Source of the DNA: Patescibacteria group bacterium
GTDB taxonomy: Bacteria; Patescibacteriota; Patescibacteriia; 2-01-FULL-39-33
DNA: 64,000 nucleotides
Assembly (NCBI GenBank): GCA_041650895.1
Contig: JBAZKF010000001.1
Location: 637,181-701,180 of the forward strand
Direction: 5' to 3'
Numbering within the stretch: position 1 is the stretch's first letter; every line of letters begins with the position of its first letter. Under the pieces are notes generated by a model. The model made no database searches. It saw nothing but the letters and a program-made list of their open reading frames with translations, and was not told where the DNA came from. Positions 30,364 through 40,677 of the stretch are shown here, one piece after another. The position numbers and the translations under genes were made by a program.

Positions 30364-30888
30364 ATGAAGCAATTAGATTTTCCAAAATTTATGCAAACTT
30401 ATGAATATGATTGTGGCACTAAAGCTTTGCAAGCCGTGTTGATTTATTATGGTATAGAGATACGTGAGGAACTACTAATTAAATATGCTAAAACTAATAA
30501 AAAAGAAGGAACATTAATAAAAGGAATTTTGCGTACTTTAAAAAAATATAAATTAAAATTTAATGACGGCCAACTGTCAATTAAGGACTTAAAAGATAAT
30601 ATTGATAAAAAGATTCCGACTATTTTGCTTTTGCAAGCCTGGAATCCGAAAAAGATTGATTATACTAATAGCTATCGCGATGGCCATTGGGTAGTTGCTG
30701 TCGGTTATACTAAAGATAAAATAATTTTTGAAGACCCTTATTTTTCTATTTGTACTTTTTTAACTAATAAGGAACTTGAAAAACGCTGGCATGGCCAAGA
30801 AAAAGTAAAACAAATAAAAAATTACGGTATAGTTGTTTATGGAAAAAATCCAACTTATGATTCTAAAAAAATAATCCATATGGATTAA
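30364..30888 (+). CDS. papain-like cysteine peptidase (C39-like domain)
   Basis: Catalytic Cys in YDCGTKALQAVLIYYG and His in DGHWVVAVGY. Confidence 0.6.
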   Translation: MKQLDFPKFMQTYEYDCGTKALQAVLIYYGIEIREELLIKYAKTNKKEGTLIKGILRTLKKYKLKFNDGQLSIKDLKDNIDKKIPTILLLQAWNPKKIDYTNSYRDGHWVVAVGYTKDKIIFEDPYFSICTFLTNKELEKRWHGQEKVKQIKNYGIVVYGKNPTYDSKKIIHMD

Positions 30889-30928
30889 AAAACCCCGAGA
30901 TAATTCGGAGTTTTTTAATGTTATAAGT

Positions 30929-33900
30929 CTATTTGGCGACACGGAAAACTTCTTCTACTGTTGTTTCTCCGGCCATGGCTTTTAAAATGCCATCCTGAAG
31001 CATTAAGACTGCGCCCTCCTTAACGGCCAGTTCTTCTATTTCTGAATTAGTAACCGCCGGTCCTTGCACCACTTTTTGCATTTCAGCGGTGTTTGGTATG
31101 ACCTCATAAATACCTAAGCGTCCTTTATAACCTAAACCGCCGCATTTTTCGCAACCAATCGCCTTAAAGTAAGTCGGGTTTTTTGGTATTTTGACTCCAG
31201 ATTTAGGATTAATACCCTTAATAATATTGGCCACTTCTTTGGCCGTCTCAGCATTAAGTTCATCCGGTTGCTTGCAATACTGACAAATCTTTCTGACTAG
31301 GCGCTGGCCGATAGTACATTCCAAGGAGTTAGCTAAAATATGCGGTTCAATGCCTAAACCCAAGAAACGGGGGAAAGCTCCGGCCGCGGAATTGGTATGG
31401 ATGGTGGATAAGACTAAATGACCCGTTAAGGCCGCTTCAATCGCTGTCTTGGCGGTTTCACTGTCACGGATTTCTCCGATCATCATGATATTAGGATTTT
31501 GACGTAATAAAGAGCGCATGGCTGCGGCGAAAGTGTAGCCTTGAGCTTCATCAATCTGTGTTTGCATTACGCCGGCCAAGTGGTATTCAATCGGGTCTTC
31601 TATGGTAATAATTTTAATATCCGGCTTATTGAGTTGGTTAAGTAAGGCGTATAAAGTAGTAGTCTTGCCTGAGCCGGTTGGTCCGGTAGTAACAATAATA
31701 CCCTTGGTCTTTTCCATTGATTCTTGTAAGGGCTTTAGAGCATACTCACGCATACCTAAATCTTCAATTTTTAGGCTGGCGGCTTGCGCCGATAAGATAC
31801 GGATGACAATTGTCTCACCGTAACCCCCGGAAATAATGGAAATGCGACAATCTTGTTTGACTTGTGGCGTGAAAATGCCGAAACGTCCATCCCAAGCCGC
31901 TTTTTTGATATTAGTCGGCATGCCGGCCAAAATTTTCATATTAGATAAGACCGGCAAATATTGGCCCTTATCCAAAGTAGCCATATCATACAGAATGCCA
32001 TCAATCCTGAAACGCACCTTAACGCCAGTATCAGTCGGCTCAATATGAATATCGCCGGCGTCCGCTTTAAGCGCCACCGCCATTAATAAAGCCGTCAGCT
32101 CTTTAGCTGGAAGATTTTCCAGTTCTCCTTGGATTTGTTTTAAATCTTTGGATAGTTCTTCGCCCTTAGTTAGCTCTTTGGCGGTCAGATTAATGCCACG
32201 GCCGATAGTTTGGGTAATGACTATGTCGTACAATTCTTCCACATAATCCAATTTACCAATAACGCGGAAAACCTCTTGTACGTCGGTAACGCCGTTCAGA
32301 GATTTAATAATGCCATCCTGCAACATTGTAATCATGCCGTTTTCAATCGCTTGTTTGAGAATTTCAAAGGCCGCTGCGCCATTCATAGTCAACTCTTTGA
32401 TGTTATCGGTCATGGTAAAAATTTCATAGATACCGATACGGCCCTTGTAGCCGATGCCGCCGCAAGCTTCGCAACCCGGTCCGGGTTCATACATCTGAGG
32501 TAAGTTTGCCGGTATGTCAATACCCGACTTAGGGGAAACGGTTGCTAATATTTTTTCTACCGTAATTTTTTCCTCTTCTGTAATTTGATGCGGTTGTTTG
32601 CATTTTTCGCATAATTTGCGTACCAAGCGTTGGCCGATAACCGCATTAATGGAGGGAACAATAAAGAAGGGTTTGATGCCCATATCCATTAAACGTGGGA
32701 TAACTCCAGCCGCGTCATTAGTATGGACGGTAGAAAGCACCAGGTGGCCTGTTAAGGCCGCTTGAGTAGCAATATCAGCTGTCTCATTATCGCGAATTTC
32801 ACCTACCATTACAATATCCGGATCTTGGCGTAAAATAGAGCGCAAGCCCTTGGCAAAGGTGTAGTCTTTTTTAGGATCAACTTGCGATTGATTAATGCCC
32901 TTGAGGCGGTATTCAATCGGGTCTTCCAGGGTGATGATTTTTACATCCGGATGATTAAGCTTATTAAGGACCGCGTATAAGGTCGTAGTCTTACCGGAAC
33001 CGGTCGGACCGGCAGTTAGAATTAAGCCGTTTGGTTTTTTTATTTCCGCTTCCAATGTTTTAAAGGCTGCCGGCAATAATCCTAATTGTTCAAAAGATAA
33101 GGCGATTGATTGGGAATGCAATAAACGCATGACTACGCTTTCGCCGAAATTAGTCGGCAGGAAAGACGTTCTGACATCTATTGCGTCATTTTCCAGGAAG
33201 ATGGTAAAACGGCCATCTTGAGGCTTGTCATCAATGTTGATTTTTGCTCGCGCTAAAATTTTAAGGCGGGCAATTATTTTTTTCCATTTATCTTTTTCAA
33301 TCATGGCCGAATCATGCAAGACACCGTCTACGCGCAAACGCACCACGATGCCTTTTTCTTCAGCTTCAATATGAACATCTGAAGCCTCAGCTTTGAGTCC
33401 AGTCGCCAGAATAATCGCCACTACATCAGTAATATTGACCTTATTGATCTTTTCATTTAAATCCTTAAAAGTCGTTATTTCTTTTTCAAAACGTTCAATA
33501 TCCTCTTTTTTTATTTCCACTCCACCCACTAAACGAGAGATTTTGGGTAAAGAATCATATAATTTGGCGGAACGTTCAAAACTATGCCGGGAGATAAGAT
33601 AAGGCAAAGCGTTGGCGTGAAACCTTTCCTGTAAAGCAGTTAATATTTTTTTGGCTTCATTATTATAATTTACACAGCCCACGCGCAGTTCCGAGCCGTT
33701 ATTGAAGAAACAGATTGTTTGAGTATCTTTGGCTGTTGACTCGTCAATAGAACTTAGGGCATCGGGAGAAATAGGGAAGCCAACCAGATTAATATAAGGC
33801 AAACCTAAAGCATCGGCGTTTTTGGCTACCTCGTCCTCTTTTTCTTTAATTTTTATTTGCGTTAATTTTTGTTGGAGCTGACCGCCTGTTGATTCTTTTT

Positions 33901-33958
33901 CGGCCGTCTCTCCTTCAGTTGTAAGATCCTCCAGTGATGGGCCTAAATTATCAGTCAT
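30929..33958 (-). CDS. pilB: tandem-duplicated (fused pseudo-dimer) type II/IV secretion ATPase PilB/GspE
   Basis: Two complete GspE/PilB units in one 1009-aa ORF. Each has an N2-like domain, Walker A (TAGPTGSGKTTTLYAVL and TTGPTGSGKTTTLYALL), Asp/His boxes and a tetracysteine zinc motif (CEKCKQ..CEACGG and CQYCKQ..CEKCGG). Confidence 0.85.
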   Translation of the reverse strand: MTDNLGPSLEDLTTEGETAEKESTGGQLQQKLTQIKIKEKEDEVAKNADALGLPYINLVGFPISPDALSSIDESTAKDTQTICFFNNGSELRVGCVNYNNEAKKILTALQERFHANALPYLISRHSFERSAKLYDSLPKISRLVGGVEIKKEDIERFEKEITTFKDLNEKINKVNITDVVAIILATGLKAEASDVHIEAEEKGIVVRLRVDGVLHDSAMIEKDKWKKIIARLKILARAKINIDDKPQDGRFTIFLENDAIDVRTSFLPTNFGESVVMRLLHSQSIALSFEQLGLLPAAFKTLEAEIKKPNGLILTAGPTGSGKTTTLYAVLNKLNHPDVKIITLEDPIEYRLKGINQSQVDPKKDYTFAKGLRSILRQDPDIVMVGEIRDNETADIATQAALTGHLVLSTVHTNDAAGVIPRLMDMGIKPFFIVPSINAVIGQRLVRKLCEKCKQPHQITEEEKITVEKILATVSPKSGIDIPANLPQMYEPGPGCEACGGIGYKGRIGIYEIFTMTDNIKELTMNGAAAFEILKQAIENGMITMLQDGIIKSLNGVTDVQEVFRVIGKLDYVEELYDIVITQTIGRGINLTAKELTKGEELSKDLKQIQGELENLPAKELTALLMAVALKADAGDIHIEPTDTGVKVRFRIDGILYDMATLDKGQYLPVLSNMKILAGMPTNIKKAAWDGRFGIFTPQVKQDCRISIISGGYGETIVIRILSAQAASLKIEDLGMREYALKPLQESMEKTKGIIVTTGPTGSGKTTTLYALLNQLNKPDIKIITIEDPIEYHLAGVMQTQIDEAQGYTFAAAMRSLLRQNPNIMMIGEIRDSETAKTAIEAALTGHLVLSTIHTNSAAGAFPRFLGLGIEPHILANSLECTIGQRLVRKICQYCKQPDELNAETAKEVANIIKGINPKSGVKIPKNPTYFKAIGCEKCGGLGYKGRLGIYEVIPNTAEMQKVVQGPAVTNSEIEELAVKEGAVLMLQDGILKAMAGETTVEEVFRVAK

Positions 33959-34186
33959 ATATATTTGCTTATAATGAAAGGAATGAGGTTTAAAACATGA
34001 TTTCTTTCTTTCTTATTGTTATTATACTTGATTTTTTATCCTCTTGACAAGTTTGTTTTGATTTGCTATAATTATACACAGGTGAAGGGTAGAAAAACCC
34101 CACGAACCTTGATAACTTATTTTCGCAGCTATTCCGCTTAATCGGGATATGTGGAAATGTTATCGGTTTATTATTAAGCAAAGAAT

Positions 34187-34528
34187 ATGGCTGAGAAAGA
34201 CCAAATGTTTGTAGAAACCATCGTCAAGGCGATTGTTGCCAACCCCGATGATGTCAGAGTCGACAGAACTGTCGACGAAAGAGGCGTCTTATTGACCCTC
34301 CACGTTGCCCCCACCGATATCGGTTACGTTATCGGCCGCCAGGGACAGACCGCCAAAGCGATTAGAACTTTGGCCAAAATCATCGGCGCTAAGAATAACG
34401 CCAGAGTTAACTTAAAGATCGACGAACCGGAAGGTTCCAGAGGTCCTCGCGCTTCTCGTCCTATGGACGCTGAAAGAACGGACACTGAGAGAGTTGATAC
34501 TGATATGGTTGATGACTTGAGCATCTAA
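34187..34528 (+). CDS. KH-domain RNA-binding protein (KhpA/YlqC-like) with acidic tail
   Basis: KH GXXG loop VIGRQGQTAKAIRTLAKI. In a trmD-type ribosomal operon context. Confidence 0.7.
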   Translation: MAEKDQMFVETIVKAIVANPDDVRVDRTVDERGVLLTLHVAPTDIGYVIGRQGQTAKAIRTLAKIIGAKNNARVNLKIDEPEGSRGPRASRPMDAERTDTERVDTDMVDDLSI

Positions 34529-34546
34529 TAAAGCCATCAGAAACAT

Positions 34547-34582
34547 AAAAACACCGCCTCACTCGGGGCGGTGTTTTGTTTG
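34547..34582 (+). terminator. rho-independent terminator
   Basis: AAAACACCGCCTCACTCGGGGCGGTGTTTTGTTT. Confidence 0.7.
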
Positions 34583-34729
34583 TCTAAGCCAGTCTTGACA
34601 ATACTTTGTTTTTACAGTATATTCTAGAAGGTAAAAAGCCCTTTAAATTTTAGGATCAAACAGTCCGGATTAATGTAAGACTTGCTGTGTTTGGATATTA
34701 ATAATCAACAACTAAAGGAGGAATCAGTT

Positions 34730-35275
34730 ATGAGCAATGAAGATGCGGCCCCAAAAGCGATTGAGATAGATAGGGCGGCAGAAAAGCTGGAAGATCTGGT
34801 ATTCTCTGCGGAAATAGAAGATACTAGAATGGTTCCAGTTACCAAAGCATTGGCTAAAGGAATGTTTTCTTTAGTTTTTAATTTTAAGGAAGGATTTGAT
34901 CTGATAAAAGAAGAAGATATTATCGGGTCGGTAAGTAAAAGCGGCGTGGCTATTAGCATTAGTTTTATAAACAGAACCGTTTTAGTCGTTATTCTATCGG
35001 ATATTGAGAGTACGGGACGGGTTGAAGTCGGCGTTTTTGATTCAGTTAGCAAACAATGGACTCCCAGTGATTATTCCCCTGGTCAGCCTTTACCGATCTA
35101 TGTTAATGCAACATTAACTGAAGCGATTTTTGTTGATGAATATTTTTTTGTTTTTACTAATGAGACAATAAGGCAAACGGCGTTGGAAATTTTGCAAACC
35201 ATGCAGGCCTTGCCGACGAAGGAAAAAATTCCCCAAGTCGAAATTCCGGCAAAAGCGGAGAATCCGGCAGAATAA
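34730..35275 (+). CDS. hypothetical protein (sits in the position usually held by rimM; no PRC-barrel motif recognised)
   Basis: Start chosen 9 nt after SD AAAGGAGG. Sits between the KH-protein gene and trmD. Confidence 0.45.
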   Translation: MSNEDAAPKAIEIDRAAEKLEDLVFSAEIEDTRMVPVTKALAKGMFSLVFNFKEGFDLIKEEDIIGSVSKSGVAISISFINRTVLVVILSDIESTGRVEVGVFDSVSKQWTPSDYSPGQPLPIYVNATLTEAIFVDEYFFVFTNETIRQTALEILQTMQALPTKEKIPQVEIPAKAENPAE

Positions 35276-35351
35276 TTGCCAAGCACACTTTACCGGTCAT
35301 TTTGGCCGGTTTTAAATTATCTGTTATAATTGAACTGTCTGAAGCAATTAT

Positions 35352-36026
35352 ATGAAACGATTTGATATTATCACAATTTTTCCCGAAATTTTGGAGTCAT
35401 ATTTTAATGAGTCTTTATTTAAGCGCGCGCAAAAAAATAAGTTACTTACTGTTAAGGCGCATAATTTGCGTCACTGGACGACTGATCGGCATCAAACGGT
35501 TGATGATAAGCCCTACGGCGGAGGAGTCGGATTGTTATTTAAGATTGAACCGATTTATAAGGCTCTTAAGGCAGTCAAAAGCCAAAAGTCAAAAATTCAT
35601 AAAGTCAAAACAAGAATAATTTTGACCGCGGCAAATGGCAAAAGATTTACCCAGAAAGACGCAGTGCGTTTGGCTAAATATGATCAGTTGATTTTTGTCT
35701 GCCCGCGTTATGAAGGCGTAGATGCGCGAGTGGGAAAGTTGGTGGATGAAAAGATTTCCATCGGCGATTATGTTTTGGCCGGAGGTGAATTGCCGGCAGC
35801 GGTAATTATTGAGGCTGTATCTCGCCACCTGCCCGGCTTTGTGGGCAAGCAAGAATCCGTAGAATATGAATCGCATGCAACCATTGGCTATCTGGAGCAT
35901 CCGCATTACACTCGGCCGGAAATTTTTGTGGCGAATGGCAAGAAACTAAGAGTGCCCAAAGTGCTATTGTCCGGCCATCATGGCGAGGTGGAAGAATGGC
36001 GTCGAAAAAAAAGCAAAAAACAATAA
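35352..36026 (+). CDS. trmD: tRNA (guanine37-N1)-methyltransferase
   Basis: MKRFDIITIFPE...YGGGVGLL SPOUT-knot motifs. Confidence 0.9.
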   Translation: MKRFDIITIFPEILESYFNESLFKRAQKNKLLTVKAHNLRHWTTDRHQTVDDKPYGGGVGLLFKIEPIYKALKAVKSQKSKIHKVKTRIILTAANGKRFTQKDAVRLAKYDQLIFVCPRYEGVDARVGKLVDEKISIGDYVLAGGELPAAVIIEAVSRHLPGFVGKQESVEYESHATIGYLEHPHYTRPEIFVANGKKLRVPKVLLSGHHGEVEEWRRKKSKKQ

Positions 36027-36101
36027 ATTATTTTTTTTGATTGACAGAATATTTTTTACAGCTTAAGATTATATTAGCAACTAATTAATAAAAATAAACA
36101 C

Positions 36102-36260
36102 ATGTCATTCCAATTTTTAGGAGACGACGATAACGCCGTTGTTGCCCCGACTGAAGAAGTCGCAGCTACTGAACCGGTTACTGAACCGGCTACTGAAGAA
36201 GCCACCGAAGAGGTCGCTCCGGAAGCCGTTGAGGCCCCGGCTGATGAAGTCGCTGAATAA
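36102..36260 (+). CDS. putative 52-aa highly acidic E/A/T/V/P-rich peptide
   Basis: MSFQFLGDDDNAVVAPTEEVAATEPVTEPATEEATEEVAPEAVEAPADEVAE. Followed by a terminator at 36305. An overlapping alternative-frame basic ORF (36139-36360) cannot be excluded. Confidence 0.3.
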   Translation: MSFQFLGDDDNAVVAPTEEVAATEPVTEPATEEATEEVAPEAVEAPADEVAE

Positions 36261-36304
36261 TGTAGATGAGTTTGTGCAAATGCTGTGTATAAATGAATTT
36301 ACTC

Positions 36305-36338
36305 AAAAATCGCCGGCTTCGGTCGGCGGTTTTTTGTT
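36305..36338 (+). terminator. rho-independent terminator
   Basis: AAAAATCGCCGGCTTCGGTCGGCGGTTTTTTG. Confidence 0.7.
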
Positions 36339-36411
36339 TGTACAATTTTGGCTAAATTAAGCTAATATGTAATGGTTTTTGGTCATCAGTATTATTACTT
36401 ATTAATTATTC

Positions 36412-36440
36412 TTGACATTCTCTCTAAAATAAGATAAAAT
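36412..36440 (+). promoter_or_regulatory. consensus sigma70 promoter upstream of the 16S rRNA gene (TTGACA-N17-TAAAAT)
   Basis: Perfect -35 with 17-nt spacing to a TAAAAT -10, ~470 nt upstream of 16S. A second conserved element, TTGACAACTGAATAGTG at 36642-36658, is shared with the 23S upstream region. Confidence 0.55.
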
Positions 36441-36910
36441 TAGAGGGTAAAAACTTAACACCAAACTCTTTCCCAAAAGATAATCAAAATTAAGTTGTTT
36501 TATCCGCCAATACTAATATTGTAGCGGTATAAAAAAGGGAAAACAGTGGTATCTGAAATGAATTTTGTCCAGGACAAAGTTCGCCAAATCGGATCCCTCT
36601 GTTTTTTCTTAACTTGAAAAATGACTGTTAGGAAAAGTATTTTGACAACTGAATAGTGGTAAAAAGCACCAAACCAAAGAATTTAAATTTGAGTTTTTAT
36701 GAATTCGTTTCCGCCCCCGCGGAGTAAATCGAATTCAATACAATACTTTCAATCCAACTTTATGACAGCCGGTTCTCCGGTGCGCCCTTAGCGCAAGTCA
36801 TAAAGCGAAAAAAACGGTTGGCAACTGATCGTAATCTAGTTGCAAAGCCAGTTGAATGAATTTTTTTTATCTCACTTCGGTGTTGATAAGGAACCCTTTC
36901 ATTCTTCTTT

Positions 36911-38384
<1,474 letters not shown>

Positions 38385-38542
38385 AAGGAGAAATTGAGAC
38401 AGCTCTCACGAGTTTGTCTCATGGTCGCTCTTATGCTGAATAAGCATAAGAATGGGTTTGGTTAAACTTTTTACCGCTATTTAGTTGTCAAATTTAATTT
38501 CGTTCATTGAAATATTGATTCAACAGACAGGAGGAATGACAA

Positions 38543-38821
38543 ATGCGAGTCAGGGAAGCTTTTTTAGTTGACACCCCAATGGGTGGATCAAATTTGGGTA
38601 TTCCCGCCGGAAGCTTTGGCATCAGAGTCAGAGTTAAGTGCGAAATGGAAGATAAAGATGGATGCACCGATGATGAAGGCAGGCAAATTTTGGATGCTAT
38701 GAGTGAGCAGTTAGAACATAGAGAAGTAAGCGTCGTCAGTATGCAGAATAATCTGATAGGGGAAGGAAGATTTTTTGATGTTGCATTAATCTTTAAGTTT
38801 CCCAAAGAGAATGAAAGCTAA
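38543..38821 (+). CDS. hypothetical 92-aa protein encoded in the 16S-tRNA spacer
   Basis: Strong SD ACAGGAGGAATGACAAATG. Long clean ORF followed by a hairpin terminator (38841-38877). Confidence 0.5.
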   Translation: MRVREAFLVDTPMGGSNLGIPAGSFGIRVRVKCEMEDKDGCTDDEGRQILDAMSEQLEHREVSVVSMQNNLIGEGRFFDVALIFKFPKENES

Positions 38822-38942
38822 AAAGATTAGTATTTTATATCCCGCACCGCGGAAGAGCGGGAGTCGGGATTTTTTAATGAAAGATTGCTAAGAAAATACA
38901 ATTTTGTTATAGTAATATTATTGAAAATTGTAAATTAATTAT

Positions 38943-39016
38943 GCGCATATAGCTCAGTTGGTTAGAGCGCGTCACTGATAATGACGAGGTCCCAAGTTCG
39001 AATCTTGGTATGCGCA
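38943..39016 (+). tRNA. tRNA-Ile(GAU)
   Basis: GCGCATA TA GCTC AGTTGGTTA GAGC G CGTCA CTGATAA TGACG AGGTC CCAAG TTCGAAT CTTGG TATGCGC A. Confidence 0.9.
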
Positions 39017-39058
39017 CAGGAAGTTGAAATATAAAACTTAAAACTTAAAATTCAGAAT

Positions 39059-39130
39059 GCCGAGGTAGCTCAGTGGTAGAGCAGAAGACTGAAAATCTTT
39101 GTGTCGCGAGTTCAATTCTCGCCCTCGGCA
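39059..39130 (+). tRNA. tRNA-Phe(GAA)
   Basis: GCCGAGG TA GCTC AGTGGTA GAGC A GAAGA CTGAAAA TCTTT GTGTC GCGAG TTCAATT CTCGC CCTCGGC A. Confidence 0.9.
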
Positions 39131-39134
39131 CAGA

Positions 39135-39167
39135 ATTAATTCAGCCCCGCCGATTGCGGGGCTGAAT
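39135..39167. repeat. perfect 13-bp-stem hairpin between tRNA-Phe and tRNA-Pro
   Basis: AATTCAGCCCCGC CGATT GCGGGGCTGAATT. Confidence 0.6.
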
Positions 39168-39174
39168 TCAAAAT

Positions 39175-39248
39175 CGGGGTGTAGCTCAGTTGGCTAGAGC
39201 GCTTGCTTTGGGAGCAAGAAGTCGCAGGTTCAAGTCCTGTCACCCCGA
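39175..39248 (+). tRNA. tRNA-Pro(UGG)
   Basis: C1:G72 acceptor CGGGGTG/CACCCCG; anticodon loop TTTGGGA; T-arm GCAGGTTCAAGTCCTGT. Confidence 0.85.
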
Positions 39249-39327
39249 CATGATAGAACTTTCTAAAAATTTCGTCTAAGAAAAAGGCCGGGCATTTCTG
39301 CTCGGCTTTTTTGTACGATTTTTTAAA

Positions 39328-40092
39328 CTAACGACAAACAAGTATTAATGTCTCCGGTTCCATATTTTTGAAACCTAAAATAAAGTATCCTCGTCTAGTC
39401 AATTCAATCATGCGTTTTGAATAATTGGCTTTTTTAGTATTTCCCAGACGGAGAAAAACCAGATAATCGAAAATAAATTTTTTTATCCAGTCTCCAATAC
39501 AATCGGTAACTAACCAATCGGAAGTTCCAAAACTTTTAGCAATACACCTTTCGTAGCCCGTGACTAAATCTTCAATAACGCTATCAATATAATCATAATT
39601 AAGGTAAGTATTATAAGATAGTTTAATAAAGCTTTGAGTAATACCCGGTCCGCATTTTTTCCTGAGCTCCTTCATTAAATCCTTATGGTTTTTTTCTTGG
39701 TTTTTGTAGTATTCAGAATAGTAATCAATACTTTCTAGTAATATTTTGGATATAAAATCCATGGAACGGGAGTCAACAGAATATTCATGGTCTTTAGTAA
39801 GTTTTCTTCTCATGTGTCCATAAATTCCATCAGACATCCACTCAGGTTGAGGAAGCAATCGTTCTAAGGATAGGAATGATACTTTATGAACCGGCCGATC
39901 AGTAGCCAGTGACATTGCTTTTTTTATAGTTGGTTGGCTGATTTCCTCCCGAGAAAGAGTAGGGAATGCGCGCATAGTCGATAATCTTTGTAGCGGAACC
40001 ATTATTCTGGGAGTATCTTTGTACTTCCAACCGTTTTCTCTGAGATATTTACTGAAGTCTTTCATGACCACTTTCCTTTGTTTTTTTACCAC
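39328..40092 (-). CDS. hypothetical protein (254 aa), AT-rich, no recognisable domain
   Basis: Long ORF immediately downstream of the tRNA cluster terminator. Overlaps the upstream gene by 7 nt, so the two are probably co-transcribed. Confidence 0.5.
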   Translation of the reverse strand: MVKKQRKVVMKDFSKYLRENGWKYKDTPRIMVPLQRLSTMRAFPTLSREEISQPTIKKAMSLATDRPVHKVSFLSLERLLPQPEWMSDGIYGHMRRKLTKDHEYSVDSRSMDFISKILLESIDYYSEYYKNQEKNHKDLMKELRKKCGPGITQSFIKLSYNTYLNYDYIDSVIEDLVTGYERCIAKSFGTSDWLVTDCIGDWIKKFIFDYLVFLRLGNTKKANYSKRMIELTRRGYFILGFKNMEPETLILVCR

Positions 40093-40514
40093 TCAACGAC
40101 TATTCTGATAAATATATCATGTTCATAACTACCGTAAAACTTGTATGCTTCAGTGTCAATCTCAAAACAACATTTGAATCCCTGCTCCCTAAAAAAGGAG
40201 AGAACCTTCTTTCCGACTGCGGAATTATTGATTATTTTTTCCCAATTGGCGCAAAAATATTTATTCATTCTCGGATTACCAAATTCAATAAGGGTTTTCT
40301 GAATTTTTCTTTTTTCGGGAAAGCGTTTGATTTCTTCTATCATGTCCGCAAGCATATCATCAAGGGGAGGAGTACCGCAGCCACGCTTTTTGATCTCGCC
40401 TCGTCTTTCCAGCGCAGAATATAACATAGAAGCGGTTATTTCCCTTTCTTTTTCTTCTTTCATTTGTTTCTCAATTATTCCGTCTCTTAGTGTTTCAGCC
40501 AAAGTCTTTTCCAT
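40086..40514 (-). CDS. hypothetical protein (142 aa), charged N-terminal half
   Basis: Forms a two-gene cassette with 39328-40092. Confidence 0.45.
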   Translation of the reverse strand: MEKTLAETLRDGIIEKQMKEEKEREITASMLYSALERRGEIKKRGCGTPPLDDMLADMIEEIKRFPEKRKIQKTLIEFGNPRMNKYFCANWEKIINNSAVGKKVLSFFREQGFKCCFEIDTEAYKFYGSYEHDIFIRIVVEW

Positions 40515-40677
40515 GTCTTGTCTCCTTGTTGTTTGGTTGTCAAAGTGCCGCTGTTAGTCCGTTGCTAACTACCCAGGATATCATATTGTATTAATGGTGG
40601 TCAATACCACCATATTTTTACTTTTTTAAAAAAATAGGTTATAATGCTGTCAGCCATCAAAAATCATTAAAAAACAT

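Noticed and set aside
34730-35275. Calling the KH-trmD intervening gene rimM on positional grounds
   Set aside because: No PRC-barrel or RimM N-terminal motif could be recognised; position alone is insufficient.
36139-36360. Basic 73-aa ORF in the alternative frame downstream of trmD
   Set aside because: It overlaps the acidic ORF and runs through the rho-independent terminator hairpin. It is kept as unresolved, not as a feature.
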